Shown one piece after another: positions 25,101 through 40,100 of a stretch of 64,000 nucleotides of DNA. The translations under genes and the position numbers were made by a program. The notes under the pieces are model-generated. The model was not told where the DNA came from. It searched no databases and saw only the letters and a program-made list of their open reading frames with translations. Every line of letters begins with the position of its first letter. The first letter of the stretch is position 1. The stretch comes from Eledone cirrhosa (Eukaryota). The stretch spans positions 234,360,001 through 234,424,000 of the forward strand of contig OZ024743.1 of assembly GCA_964016885.1 (NCBI GenBank), read 5' to 3'.

Positions 25101-28100
25101 CTTTTCAATCGCAAACCGGCCGCCCGTGGTCGGATCGATCTGTAATTACTGGTACCTGTGCAGACACTCATTGGCTATGTGTGGCGTGAATTTCAGCAAG
25201 ATATCTCCGTAAAATCAATAGTTGTGGCTGTGGAACCAAACCGTGTTAAACGTCAACAAAGTCAGCCGGCGAATGGTGTGCTTCGAAGAAAACGAATCCA
25301 AAAATGACGATTTGCCGGCGGAGTTACCTTTTCAATCGCAAACCGACCGCCCGTGGTCGGATCGATCTGTAATTACTGGTACATGTGCAGAGACTCATTG
25401 GCTATGTGTGGCGTGAATTTCAGCAAGATATCTCCGTGAAATCAATAGTTGTGGCTGTGGAACCAAACCGGGTTAAACGTCAACAAAGTCCGCCGGCGAA
25501 TGGTGTGCTTCGAAGAAAACGAATCCAAAAATGACGATTTGCCGGCGGAGTTACCTTTTCAATCGCGGGCCGGCCGCCCGTGGTCGGATCGATCTGTAAT
25601 TACTGGTACATGTGCAGACACTCATTGGCTATGTGTGGCGTGAATTTCAGCAAGATATCTCCGTAAAATCAATAGTTGTGGCTGTGGAACCAAACCGTGT
25701 TAAACGTCAACAAAGTCCGCCGGCGAATGGTGTGCTTCGAAGAAAACGAATCCAAAAATGACGATTTGCCGGCGGAGTTACCTTTTCAATCGCGGGCCGG
25801 CCACCCGTGGTCGGATCGATCTGTAATTACTGGTACATGTGCAGACACTCATTGGCTATGTGTGGCGTGAATTTCAGCAAGATATCTCCGTAAAATCAAT
25901 AGTTGTGGCTGTGGAACCAAACCGTGTTAAACGTCAACAAAGTCCGCCGGCGAATGGTGTGCTTCGAAGAAAACGAATCCAAAAATGACGATTTGCCGGC
26001 GGAGTTACCTTTTCAATCGCAAACCGGCCGCCCGTGGTCGGATCGATCTGTAATTACTGGTACATGTGCAGACACTCATTGGCTATGTGTGGCGTGAATT
26101 TCAGCAAGATATCTCCGTAAAATCAATAGTTGTGGCTGTGGAACCAAACCGTGTTAAACGTCAACAAAGTCCGCCGGCGAATGGTGTGCTTCGAAGAAAA
26201 CGAATCCAAAAATGACGATTTGCCGGCGGAGTTACCTTTTCAATCGCGGGCCGGCCGCCCGTGGTCGGATCGATCTGTAATTACTGGTACATGTGCAGAC
26301 ACTCATTGGCTATGTGTGGCTTGAATTTCAGCAAGATATCTCCGTAAAATCAATAGTTGTGGCTGTGGAACCAAACCGTGTTAAACGTCAACAAAGTCCG
26401 CCGGCGAATGGTGTGCTTCGAAGAAAACGAATCCAAAAATGACGATTTGCCGGCGGAGTTACCTTTTAAATCGCGGGCCGGCCGCCCGTGGTCGGATCGA
26501 TCTGTAATTACTGGTACATGTGCAGACACTCATTGGCTATGTGTGGCGTGAATTTCAGCAAGATATCTCCGTAAAATCAATAGTTGTGGCTGTGGAACCA
26601 AACCGTGTTAAACGTCAACAAAGTCCGCCGGCGAATGGTGTGCTTCGAAGAAAACGAATCCAAAAATGACGATTTGCCGGCGGAGTTACCTTTTCAATCG
26701 CGGGCCGGCCACCCGTGGTCGGATCGATCTGTAATTACTGGTACCTGTGCAGACACTCATTGGCTATGGGTGGCGTGAATTTCAGCAAGATATCTCCGTA
26801 AAATCAATAGTTGTGGCTGTGGAACCAAACCGTGTTAAACGTCAACAAAGTCCGCCGGCGAATGGTGTGCTTCGAAGAAAACGAATCCAAAAATGACGAT
26901 TTGCCGGCGGAGTTACCTTTTCAATCGCGGGCCGGCCACCCGTGGTCGGATCGATCTGTAATTACTGGTACATGTGCAGACACTCATTGGCTATGTGTGG
27001 CGTGAATTTCAGCAAGATATCTCCGTAAAATCAATAGTTGTGGCTGTGGAACCAAACCGTGTTAAACGTCAACAAAGTCCGCCGGCGAATGGTGTGCTTC
27101 GAAGAAAACGAATCCAAAAATGACGATTTGCCGGCGGAGTTACCTTTTCAATCGCAAACCGGCCGCCCGTGGTCGGATCGATCTGTAATTACTGGTACAT
27201 GTGCAGACACTCATTGGCTATGTGTGGCGTGAATTTCAGCAAGATATCTCCGTAAAATCAATAGTTGTGGCTGTGGAACCAAACCGTGTTAAACGTCAAC
27301 AAAGTCCGCCGGCGAATGGTGTGCTTCGAAGAAAACGAATCCAAAAATGACGATTTGCCGGCGGAGTTACCTTTTCAATCGCGGGCCGGCCGCCCGTGGT
27401 CGGATCGATCTGTAATTACTGGTACATGTGCAGACACTCATTGGCTATGTGTGGCTTGAATTTCAGCAAGATATCTCCGTAAAATCAATAGTTGTGGCTG
27501 TGGAACCAAACCGTGTTAAACGTCAACAAAGTCCGCCGGCGAATGGTGTGCTTCGAAGAAAACGAATCCAAAAATGACGATTTGCCGGCGGAGTTACCTT
27601 TTCAATCGCGGGCCGGCCGCCCGTGGTCGGATCGATCTGTAATTACTGGTACATGTGCAGACACTCATTGGCTATGTGTGGCGTGAATTTCAGCAAGATA
27701 TCTCCGTAAAATCAATAGTTGTGGCTGTGGAACCAAACCGTGTTAAACGTCAACAAAGTCCGCCGGCGAATGGTGTGCTTCGAAGAAAACGAATCCAAAA
27801 ATGACGATTTGCCGGCGGAGTTACCTTTTCAATCGCAAACCGGCCGCCCGTGGTCGGATCGATCTGTAATTACTGGTACATGTGCAGACACTCATTGGCT
27901 ATGTGTGGCGTGAATTTCAGCAAGATATCTCCGTAAAATCAATAGTTGTGGCTGTGGAACCAAACCGTGTTAAACGTCAACAAAGTCCGCCGGCGAATGG
28001 TGTGCTTCGAAGAAAACGAATCCAAAAATGACGATTTGCCGGCGGAGTTACCTTTTCAATCGCAAACCGGCCGCCCGTGGTCGGATCGATCTGTAATTAC

Positions 28101-31100
28101 TGGTACCTGTGCAGACACTCATTGGCTATGTGTGGCGTGAATTTCAGCAAGATATCTCCGTAAAATCAATAGTTGTGGCTGTGGAACCAAACCGTGTTAA
28201 ACGTCAACAAAGTCAGCCGGCGAATGGTGTGCTTCGAAGAAAACGAATCCAAAAATGACGATTTGCCGGCGGAGTTACCTTTTCAATCGCAAACCGACCG
28301 CCCGTGGTCGGATCGATCTGTAATTACTGGTACATGTGCAGAGACTCATTGGCTATGTGTGGCGTGAATTTCAGCAAGATATCTCCGTGAAATCAATAGT
28401 TGTGGCTGTGGAACCAAACCGGGTTAAACGTCAACAAAGTCCGCCGGCGAATGGTGTGCTTCGAAGAAAACGAATCCAAAAATGACGATTTGCCGGCGGA
28501 GTTACCTTTTCAATCGCGGGCCGGCCGCCCGTGGTCGGATCGATCTGTAATTACTGGTACATGTGCAGACACTCATTGGCTATGTGTGGCGTGAATTTCA
28601 GCAAGATATCTCCGTAAAATCAATAGTTGTGGCTGTGGAACCAAACCGTGTTAAACGTCAACAAAGTCCGCCGGCGAATGGTGTGCTTCGAAGAAAACGA
28701 ATCCAAAAATGACGATTTGCCGGCGGAGTTACCTTTTCAATCGCGGGCCGGCCGCCCGTGGTCGGATCGATCTGTAATTACTGGTACATGTGCAGACACT
28801 CATTGGCTATGTGTGGCGTGAATTTCAGCAAGATATCTCCGTAAAATCAATAGTTGTGGCTGTGGAACCAAACCGTGTTAAACGTCAACAAAGTCCGCCG
28901 GCGAATGGTGTGCTTCGAAGAAAACGAATCCAAAAATGACGATTTGCCGGCGGAGTTACCTTTTCAATCGCGGGCCGGCCGCCCGTGGTCGGATCGATCT
29001 GTAATTACTGGTACATGTGCAGACACTCATTGGCTATGTGTGGCGTGAATTTCAGCAAGATATCTCCGTAAAATCAATAGTTGTGGCTGTGGAACCAAAC
29101 CGTGTTAAACGTCAACAAAGTCCGCCGGCGAATGGTGTGCTTCGAAGAAAACGAATCCAAAAATGACGATTTGCCGGCGGAGTTACCTTTTCAATCGCGG
29201 GCCGGCCGCCCGTGGTCGGATCGATCTGTAATTACTGGTACATGTGCAAACACTCATTGGCTATGTGTGGCGTGAATTTCAGCAAGATATCTCCGTAAAA
29301 TCAATAGTTGTGGCTGTGGAACCAAACCGTGTTAAACGTCAACAAAGTCCGCCGGCGAATGGTGTGCTTCGAAGAAAACGAATCCAAAAATGACGATTTG
29401 CCGGCGGAGTTACCTTTTCAATCGCAAACCGGCCGCCCGTGGTCGGATCGATCTGTAATTACTGGTACATGTGTAGACACTCATTGGCTATGTGTGGCGT
29501 GAATTTCAGCAAGATATCTCCGTAAAATCAATAGTTGTGGCTGTGGAACCAAACCGTGTTAAACGTCAACAAAGTCCGCCGGCGAATGGTGTGCTTCGAA
29601 GAAAACGAATCCAAAAATGACGATTTGCCGGCGGAGTTATCTTTTCAATCGCAAACCGGCCGCCCGTGGTCGGATCGATCTGTAATTACTGGTACCTGTG
29701 CAGACACTCATTGGCTATGTGTGGCGTGAATTTCAGCAAGATATCTCCGTAAAATCAATAGTTGTGGCTGTGGAACCAAACCGTGTTAAACGTCAACAAA
29801 GTCAGCCGGCGAATGGTGTGCTTCGAAGAAAACGAATCCAAAAATGACGATTTGCCGGCGGAGTTACCTTTTCAATCGCAAACCGACCGCCCGTGGTCGG
29901 ATCGATCTGTAATTACTGGTACATGTGCAGAGACTCATTGGCTATGTGTGGCGTGAATTTCAGCAAGATATCTCCGTGAAATCAATAGTTGTGGCTGTGG
30001 AACCAAACCGGGTTAAACGTCAACAAAGTCCGCCGGCGAATGGTGTGCTTCGAAGAAAACGAATCCAAAAATGACGATTTGCCGGCGGAGTTACCTTTTC
30101 AATCGCGGGCCGGCCGCCCGTGGTCGGATCGATCTGTAATTACTGGTACATGTGCAGACACTCATTGGCTATGTGTGGCGTGAATTTCAGCAAGATATCT
30201 CCGTAAAATCAATAGTTGTGGCTGTGGAACCAAACCGTGTTAAACGTCAACAAAGTCCGCCGGCGAATGGTGTGCTTCGAAGAAAACGAATCCAAAAATG
30301 ACGATTTGCCGGCGGAGTTACCTTTTCAATCGCGGGCCGGCCACCCGTGGTCGGATCGATCTGTAATTACTGGTACATGTGCAGACACTCATTGGCTATG
30401 TGTGGCGTGAATTTCAGCAAGATATCTCCGTAAAATCAATAGTTGTGGCTGTGGAACCAAACCGTGTTAAACGTCAACAAAGTCCGCCGGCGAATGGTGT
30501 GCTTCGAAGAAAACGAATCCAAAAATGACGATTTGCCGGCGGAGTTACCTTTTCAATCGCAAACCGGCCGCCCGTGGTCGGATCGATCTGTAATTACTGG
30601 TACATGTGTAGACACTCATTGGCTATGTGTGGCGTGAATTTCAGCAAGATATCTCCGTAAAATCAATAGTTGTGGCTGTGGAACCAAACCGTGTTAAACG
30701 TCAACAAAGTCCGCCGGCGAATGGTGTGCTTCGAAGAAAACGAATCCAAAAATGACGATTTGCCGGCGGAGTTATCTTTTCAATCGCAAACCGGCCGCCC
30801 GTGGTCGGATCGATCTGTAATTACTGGTACCTGTGCAGACACTCATTGGCTATGTGTGGCGTGAATTTCAGCAAGATATCTCCGTAAAATCAATAGTTGT
30901 GGCTGTGGAACCAAACCGTGTTAAACGTCAACAAAGTCAGCCGGCGAATGGTGTGCTTCGAAGAAAACGAATCCAAAAATGACGATTTGCCGGCGGAGTT
31001 ACCTTTTCAATCGCAAACCGACCGCCCGTGGTCGGATCGATCTGTAATTACTGGTACATGTGCAGAGACTCATTGGCTATGTGTGGCGTGAATTTCAGCA

Positions 31101-34100
31101 AGATATCTCCGTGAAATCAATAGTTGTGGCTGTGGAACCAAACCGGGTTAAACGTCAACAAAGTCCGCCGGCGAATGGTGTGCTTCGAAGAAAACGAATC
31201 CAAAAAGGACGATTTGCCGGCGGAGTTACCTTTTCAATCGCGGGCCGGCCGCCCGTGGTCGGATCGATCTGTAATTACTGGTACATGTGCAGACACTCAT
31301 TGGCTATGTGTGGCGTGAATTTCAGCAAGATATCTCCGTAAAATCAATAGTTGTGGCTGTGGAACCAAACCGTGTTAAACGTCAACAAAGTCCGCCGGCG
31401 AATGGTGTGCTTCGAAGAAAACGAATCCAAAAATGACGATTTGCCGGCGGAGTTACCTTTTCAATCGCGGGCCGGCCACCCGTGGTCGGATCGATCTGTA
31501 ATTACTGGTACATGTGCAGACACTCATTGGCTATGTGTGGCGTGAATTTCAGCAAGATATCTCCGTAAAATCAATAGTTGTGGCTGTGGAACCAAACCGT
31601 GTTAAACGTCAACAAAGTCCGCCGGCGAATGGTGTGCTTCGAAGAAAACGAATCCAAAAATGACGATTTGCCGGCGGAGTTACCTTTTCAATCGCAAACC
31701 GGCCGCCCGTGGTCGGATCGATCTGTAATTACTGGTACATGTGCAGACACTCATTGGCTATGTGTGGCGTGAATTTCAGCAAGATATCTCCGTAAAATCA
31801 ATAGTTGTGGCTGTGGAACCAAACCGTGTTAAACGTCAACAAAGTCCGCCGGCGAATGGTGTGCTTCGAAGAAAACGAATCCAAAAATGACGATTTGCCG
31901 GCGGAGTTACCTTTTCAATCGCGGGCCGGCCGCCCGTGGTCGGATCGATCTGTAATTACTGGTACATGTGCAGACACTCATTGGCTATGTGTGGCTTGAA
32001 TTTCAGCAAGATATCTCCGTAAAATCAATAGTTGTGGCTGTGGAACCAAACCGTGTTAAACGTCAACAAAGTCCGCCGGCGAATGGTGTGCTTCGAAGAA
32101 AACGAATCCAAAAATGACGATTTGCCGGCGGAGTTACCTTTTCAATCGCGGGCCGGCCGCCCGTGGTCGGATCGATCTGTAATTACTGGTACATGTGCAG
32201 ACACTCATTGGCTATGTGTGGCGTGAATTTCAGCAAGATATCTCCGTAAAATCAATAGTTGTGGCTGTGGAACCAAACCGTGTTAAACGTCAACAAAGTC
32301 CGCCGGCGAATGGTGTGCTTCGAAGAAAACGAATCCAAAAATGACGATTTGCCGGCGGAGTTACCTTTTCAATCGCGGGCCGGCCACCCGTGGTCGGATC
32401 GATCTGTAATTACTGGTACCTGTGCAGACACTCATTGGCTATGGGTGGCGTGAATTTCAGCAAGATATCTCCGTAAAATCAATAGTTGTGGCTGTGGAAC
32501 CAAACCGTGTTAAACGTCAACAAAGTCCGCCGGCGAATGGTGTGCTTCGAAGAAAACGAATCCAAAAATGACGATTTGCCGGCGGAGTTACCTTTTCAAT
32601 CGCGGGCCGGCCACCCGTGGTCGGATCGATCTGTAATTACTGGTACATGTGCAGACACTCATTGGCTATGTGTGGCGTGAATTTCAGCAAGATATCTCCG
32701 TAAAATCAATAGTTGTGGCTGTGGAACCAAACCGTGTTAAACGTCAACAAAGTCCGCCGGCGAATGGTGTGCTTCGAAGAAAACGAATCCAAAAATGACG
32801 ATTTGCCGGCGGAGTTACCTTTTCAATCGCGGGCCGGCCGCCCGTGGTCGGATCGATCTGTAATTACTGGTACATGTGCAGACACTCATTGGCTATGTGT
32901 GGCTTGAATTTCAGCAAGATATCTCCGTAAAATCAATAGTTGTGGCTGTGGAACCAAACCGTGTTAAACGTCAACAAAGTCCGCCGGCGAATGGTGTGCT
33001 TCGAAGAAAACGAATCCAAAAATGACGATTTGCCGGCGGAGTTACCTTTTCAATCGCGGGCCGGCCGCCCGTGGTCGGATCGATCTGTAATTACTGGTAC
33101 ATGTGCAGACACTCATTGGCTATGTGTGGCGTGAATTTCAGCAAGATATCTCCGTAAAATCAATAGTTGTGGCTGTGGAACCAAACCGTGTTAAACGTCA
33201 ACAAAGTCCGCCGGCGAATGGTGTGCTTCGAAGAAAACGAATCCAAAAATGACGATTTGCCGGCGGAGTTACCTTTTCAATCGCAAACCGGCCGCCCGTG
33301 GTCGGATCGATCTGTAATTACTGGTACATGTGCAGACACTCATTGGCTATGTGTGGCGTGAATTTCAGCAAGATATCTCCGTAAAATCAATAGTTGTGGC
33401 TGTGGAACCAAACCGTGTTAAACGTCAACAAAGTCCGCCGGCGAATGGTGTGCTTCGAAGAAAACGAATCCAAAAATGACGATTTGCCGGCGGAGTTACC
33501 TTTTCAATCGCAAACCGGCCGCCCGTGGTCGGATCGATCTGTAATTACTGGTACCTGTGCAGACACTCATTGGCTATGTGTGGCGTGAATTTCAGCAAGA
33601 TATCTCCGTAAAATCAATAGTTGTGGCTGTGGAACCAAACCGTGTTAAACGTCAACAAAGTCAGCCGGCGAATGGTGTGCTTCGAAGAAAACGAATCCAA
33701 AAATGACGATTTGCCGGCGGAGTTACCTTTTCAATCGCAAACCGACCGCCCGTGGTCGGATCGATCTGTAATTACTGGTACATGTGCAGAGACTCATTGG
33801 CTATGTGTGGCGTGAATTTCAGCAAGATATCTCCGTGAAATCAATAGTTGTGGCTGTGGAACCAAACCGGGTTAAACGTCAACAAAGTCCGCCGGCGAAT
33901 GGTGTGCTTCGAAGAAAACGAATCCAAAAATGACGATTTGCCGGCGGAGTTACCTTTTCAATCGCGGGCCGGCCGCCCGTGGTCGGATCGATCTGTAATT
34001 ACTGGTACATGTGCAGACACTCATTGGCTATGTGTGGCGTGAATTTCAGCAAGATATCTCCGTAAAATCAATAGTTGTGGCTGTGGAACCAAACCGTGTT

Positions 34101-37100
34101 AAACGTCAACAAAGTCCGCCGGCGAATGGTGTGCTTCGAAGAAAACGAATCCAAAAATGACGATTTGCCGGCGGAGTTACCTTTTCAATCGCGGGCCGGC
34201 CGCCCGTGGTCGGATCGATCTGTAATTACTGGTACATGTGCAGACACTCATTGGCTATGTGTGGCGTGAATTTCAGCAAGATATCTCCGTAAAATCAATA
34301 GTTGTGGCTGTGGAACCAAACCGTGTTAAACGTCAACAAAGTCCGCCGGCGAATGGTGTGCTTCGAAGAAAACGAATCCAAAAATGACGATTTGCCGGCG
34401 GAGTTACCTTTTCAATCGCGGGCCGGCCGCCCGTGGTCGGATCGATCTGTAATTACTGGTACATGTGCAGACACTCATTGGCTATGTGTGGCGTGAATTT
34501 CAGCAAGATATCTCCGTAAAATCAATAGTTGTGGCTGTGGAACCAAACCGTGTTAAACGTCAACAAAGTCCGCCGGCGAATGGTGTGCTTCGAAGAAAAC
34601 GAATCCAAAAATGACGATTTGCCGGCGGAGTTACCTTTTCAATCGCGGGCCGGCCGCCCGTGGTCGGATCGATCTGTAATTACTGGTACATGTGCAAACA
34701 CTCATTGGCTATGTGTGGCGTGAATTTCAGCAAGATATCTCCGTAAAATCAATAGTTGTGGCTGTGGAACCAAACCGTGTTAAACGTCAACAAAGTCCGC
34801 CGGCGAATGGTGTGCTTCGAAGAAAACGAATCCAAAAATGACGATTTGCCGGCGGAGTTACCTTTTCAATCGCAAACCGGCCGCCCGTGGTCGGATCGAT
34901 CTGTAATTACTGGTACATGTGTAGACACTCATTGGCTATGTGTGGCGTGAATTTCAGCAAGATATCTCCGTAAAATCAATAGTTGTGGCTGTGGAACCAA
35001 ACCGTGTTAAACGTCAACAAAGTCCGCCGGCGAATGGTGTGCTTCGAAGAAAACGAATCCAAAAATGACGATTTGCCGGCGGAGTTATCTTTTCAATCGC
35101 AAACCGGCCGCCCGTGGTCGGATCGATCTGTAATTACTGGTACCTGTGCAGACACTCATTGGCTATGTGTGGCGTGAATTTCAGCAAGATATCTCCGTAA
35201 AATCAATAGTTGTGGCTGTGGAACCAAACCGTGTTAAACGTCAACAAAGTCAGCCGGCGAATGGTGTGCTTCGAAGAAAACGAATCCAAAAATGACGATT
35301 TGCCGGCGGAGTTACCTTTTCAATCGCAAACCGACCGCCCGTGGTCGGATCGATCTGTAATTACTGGTACATGTGCAGAGACTCATTGGCTATGTGTGGC
35401 GTGAATTTCAGCAAGATATCTCCGTGAAATCAATAGTTGTGGCTGTGGAACCAAACCGGGTTAAACGTCAACAAAGTCCGCCGGCGAATGGTGTGCTTCG
35501 AAGAAAACGAATCCAAAAATGACGATTTGCCGGCGGAGTTACCTTTTCAATCGCGGGCCGGCCGCCCGTGGTCGGATCGATCTGTAATTACTGGTACATG
35601 TGCAGACACTCATTGGCTATGTGTGGCGTGAATTTCAGCAAGATATCTCCGTAAAATCAATAGTTGTGGCTGTGGAACCAAACCGTGTTAAACGTCAACA
35701 AAGTCCGCCGGCGAATGGTGTGCTTCGAAGAAAACGAATCCAAAAATGACGATTTGCCGGCGGAGTTACCTTTTCAATCGCGGGCCGGCCACCCGTGGTC
35801 GGATCGATCTGTAATTACTGGTACATGTGCAGACACTCATTGGCTATGTGTGGCGTGAATTTCAGCAAGATATCTCCGTAAAATCAATAGTTGTGGCTGT
35901 GGAACCAAACCGTGTTAAACGTCAACAAAGTCCGCCGGCGAATGGTGTGCTTCGAAGAAAACGAATCCAAAAATGACGATTTGCCGGCGGAGTTACCTTT
36001 TCAATCGCAAACCGGCCGCCCGTGGTCGGATCGATCTGTAATTACTGGTACATGTGTAGACACTCATTGGCTATGTGTGGCGTGAATTTCAGCAAGATAT
36101 CTCCGTAAAATCAATAGTTGTGGCTGTGGAACCAAACCGTGTTAAACGTCAACAAAGTCCGCCGGCGAATGGTGTGCTTCGAAGAAAACGAATCCAAAAA
36201 TGACGATTTGCCGGCGGAGTTATCTTTTCAATCGCAAACCGGCCGCCCGTGGTCGGATCGATCTGTAATTACTGGTACCTGTGCAGACACTCATTGGCTA
36301 TGTGTGGCGTGAATTTCAGCAAGATATCTCCGTAAAATCAATAGTTGTGGCTGTGGAACCAAACCGTGTTAAACGTCAACAAAGTCAGCCGGCGAATGGT
36401 GTGCTTCGAAGAAAACGAATCCAAAAATGACGATTTGCCGGCGGAGTTACCTTTTCAATCGCAAACCGACCGCCCGTGGTCGGATCGATCTGTAATTACT
36501 GGTACATGTGCAGAGACTCATTGGCTATGTGTGGCGTGAATTTCAGCAAGATATCTCCGTGAAATCAATAGTTGTGGCTGTGGAACCAAACCGGGTTAAA
36601 CGTCAACAAAGTCCGCCGGCGAATGGTGTGCTTCGAAGAAAACGAATCCAAAAAGGACGATTTGCCGGCGGAGTTACCTTTTCAATCGCGGGCCGGCCGC
36701 CCGTGGTCGGATCGATCTGTAATTACTGGTACATGTGCAGACACTCATTGGCTATGTGTGGCGTGAATTTCAGCAAGATATCTCCGTAAAATCAATAGTT
36801 GTGGCTGTGGAACCAAACCGTGTTAAACGTCAACAAAGTCCGCCGGCGAATGGTGTGCTTCGAAGAAAACGAATCCAAAAATGACGATTTGCCGGCGGAG
36901 TTACCTTTTCAATCGCGGGCCGGCCACCCGTGGTCGGATCGATCTGTAATTACTGGTACATGTGCAGACACTCATTGGCTATGTGTGGCGTGAATTTCAG
37001 CAAGATATCTCCGTAAAATCAATAGTTGTGGCTGTGGAACCAAACCGTGTTAAACGTCAACAAAGTCCGCCGGCGAATGGTGTGCTTCGAAGAAAACGAA

Positions 37101-40100
37101 TCCAAAAATGACGATTTGCCGGCGGAGTTACCTTTTCAATCGCAAACCGGCCGCCCGTGGTCGGATCGATCTGTAATTACTGGTACATGTGCAGACACTC
37201 ATTGGCTATGTGTGGCGTGAATTTCAGCAAGATATCTCCGTAAAATCAATAGTTGTGGCTGTGGAACCAAACCGTGTTAAACGTCAACAAAGTCCGCCGG
37301 CGAATGGTGTGCTTCGAAGAAAACGAATCCAAAAATGACGATTTGCCGGCGGAGTTACCTTTTCAATCGCGGGCCGGCCGCCCGTGGTCGGATCGATCTG
37401 TAATTACTGGTACATGTGCAGACACTCATTGGCTATGTGTGGCTTGAATTTCAGCAAGATATCTCCGTAAAATCAATAGTTGTGGCTGTGGAACCAAACC
37501 GTGTTAAACGTCAACAAAGTCCGCCGGCGAATGGTGTGCTTCGAAGAAAACGAATCCAAAAATGACGATTTGCCGGCGGAGTTACCTTTTCAATCGCAAA
37601 CCGGCCGCCCGTGGTCGGATCGATCTGTAATTACTGGTACATGTGCAGACACTCATTGGCTATGTGTGGCGTGAATTTCAGCAAGATATCTCCGTAAAAT
37701 CAATAGTTGTGGCTGTGGAACCAAACCGTGTTAAACGTCAACAAAGTCCGCCGGCGAATGGTGTGCTTCGAAGAAAACGAATCCAAAAATGACGATTTGC
37801 CGGCGGAGTTACCTTTTCAATCGCGGGCCGGCCGCCCGTGGTCGGATCGATCTGTAATTACTGGTACATGTGCAGACACTCATTGGCTATGTGTGGCTTG
37901 AATTTCAGCAAGATATCTCCGTAAAATCAATAGTTGTGGCTGTGGAACCAAACCGTGTTAAACGTCAACAAAGTCCGCCGGCGAATGGTGTGCTTCGAAG
38001 AAAACGAATCCAAAAATGACGATTTGCCGGCGGAGTTACCTTTTCAATCGCGGGCCGGCCGCCCGTGGTCGGATCGATCTGTAATTACTGGTACATGTGC
38101 AGACACTCATTGGCTATGTGTGGCGTGAATTTCAGCAAGATATCTCCGTAAAATCAATAGTTGTGGCTGTGGAACCAAACCGTGTTAAACGTCAACAAAG
38201 TCCGCCGGCGAATGGTGTGCTTCGAAGAAAACGAATCCAAAAATGACGATTTGCCGGCGGAGTTACCTTTTCAATCGCAAACCGGCCGCCCGTGGTCGGA
38301 TCGATCTGTAATTACTGGTACATGTGCAGACACTCATTGGCTATGTGTGGCGTGAATTTCAGCAAGATATCTCCGTAAAATCAATAGTTGTGGCTGTGGA
38401 ACCAAACCGTGTTAAACGTCAACAAAGTCCGCCGGCGAATGGTGTGCTTCGAAGAAAACGAATCCAAAAATGACGATTTGCCGGCGGAGTTACCTTTTCA
38501 ATCGCAAACCGGCCGCCCGTGGTCGGATCGATCTGTAATTACTGGTACCTGTGCAGACACTCATTGGCTATGTGTGGCGTGAATTTCAGCAAGATATCTC
38601 CGTAAAATCAATAGTTGTGGCTGTGGAACCAAACCGTGTTAAACGTCAACAAAGTCAGCCGGCGAATGGTGTGCTTCGAAGAAAACGAATCCAAAAATGA
38701 CGATTTGCCGGCGGAGTTACCTTTTCAATCGCAAACCGACCGCCCGTGGTCGGATCGATCTGTAATTACTGGTACATGTGCAGAGACTCATTGGCTATGT
38801 GTGGCGTGAATTTCAGCAAGATATCTCCGTGAAATCAATAGTTGTGGCTGTGGAACCAAACCGGGTTAAACGTCAACAAAGTCCGCCGGCGAATGGTGTG
38901 CTTCGAAGAAAACGAATCCAAAAATGACGATTTGCCGGCGGAGTTACCTTTTCAATCGCGGGCCGGCCGCCCGTGGTCGGATCGATCTGTAATTACTGGT
39001 ACATGTGCAGACACTCATTGGCTATGTGTGGCGTGAATTTCAGCAAGATATCTCCGTAAAATCAATAGTTGTGGCTGTGGAACCAAACCGTGTTAAACGT
39101 CAACAAAGTCCGCCGGCGAATGGTGTGCTTCGAAGAAAACGAATCCAAAAATGACGATTTGCCGGCGGAGTTACCTTTTCAATCGCGGGCCGGCCGCCCG
39201 TGGTCGGATCGATCTGTAATTACTGGTACATGTGCAGACACTCATTGGCTATGTGTGGCGTGAATTTCAGCAAGATATCTCCGTAAAATCAATAGTTGTG
39301 GCTGTGGAACCAAACCGTGTTAAACGTCAACAAAGTCCGCCGGCGAATGGTGTGCTTCGAAGAAAACGAATCCAAAAATGACGATTTGCCGGCGGAGTTA
39401 CCTTTTCAATCGCGGGCCGGCCGCCCGTGGTCGGATCGATCTGTAATTACTGGTACATGTGCAGACACTCATTGGCTATGTGTGGCGTGAATTTCAGCAA
39501 GATATCTCCGTAAAATCAATAGTTGTGGCTGTGGAACCAAACCGTGTTAAACGTCAACAAAGTCCGCCGGCGAATGGTGTGCTTCGAAGAAAACGAATCC
39601 AAAAATGACGATTTGCCGGCGGAGTTACCTTTTCAATCGCGGGCCGGCCGCCCGTGGTCGGATCGATCTGTAATTACTGGTACATGTGCAGACACTCATT
39701 GGCTATGTGTGGCGTGAATTTCAGCAAGATATCTCCGTAAAATCAATAGTTGTGGCTGTGGAACCAAACCGTGTTAAACGTCAACAAAGTCCGCCGGCGA
39801 ATGGTGTGCTTCGAAGAAAACGAATCCAAAAATGACGATTTGCCGGCGGAGTTACCTTTTCAATCGCAAACCGGCCGCCCGTGGTCGGATCGATCTGTAA
39901 TTACTGGTACCTGTGCAGACACTCATTGGCTATGTGTGGCGTGAATTTCAGCAAGATATCTCCGTAAAATCAATAGTTGTGGCTGTGGAACCAAACCGTG
40001 TTAAACGTCAACAAAGTCAGCCGGCGAATGGTGTGCTTCGAAGAAAACGAATCCAAAAATGACGATTTGCCGGCGGAGTTACCTTTTCAATCGCAAACCG

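Noticed and set aside
19256-36789. Three 93-aa ORFs (19256, 31060, 36508)
   Set aside because: They exist only where A14G and T108G happen to remove two stop codons in another frame; no coding evidence.
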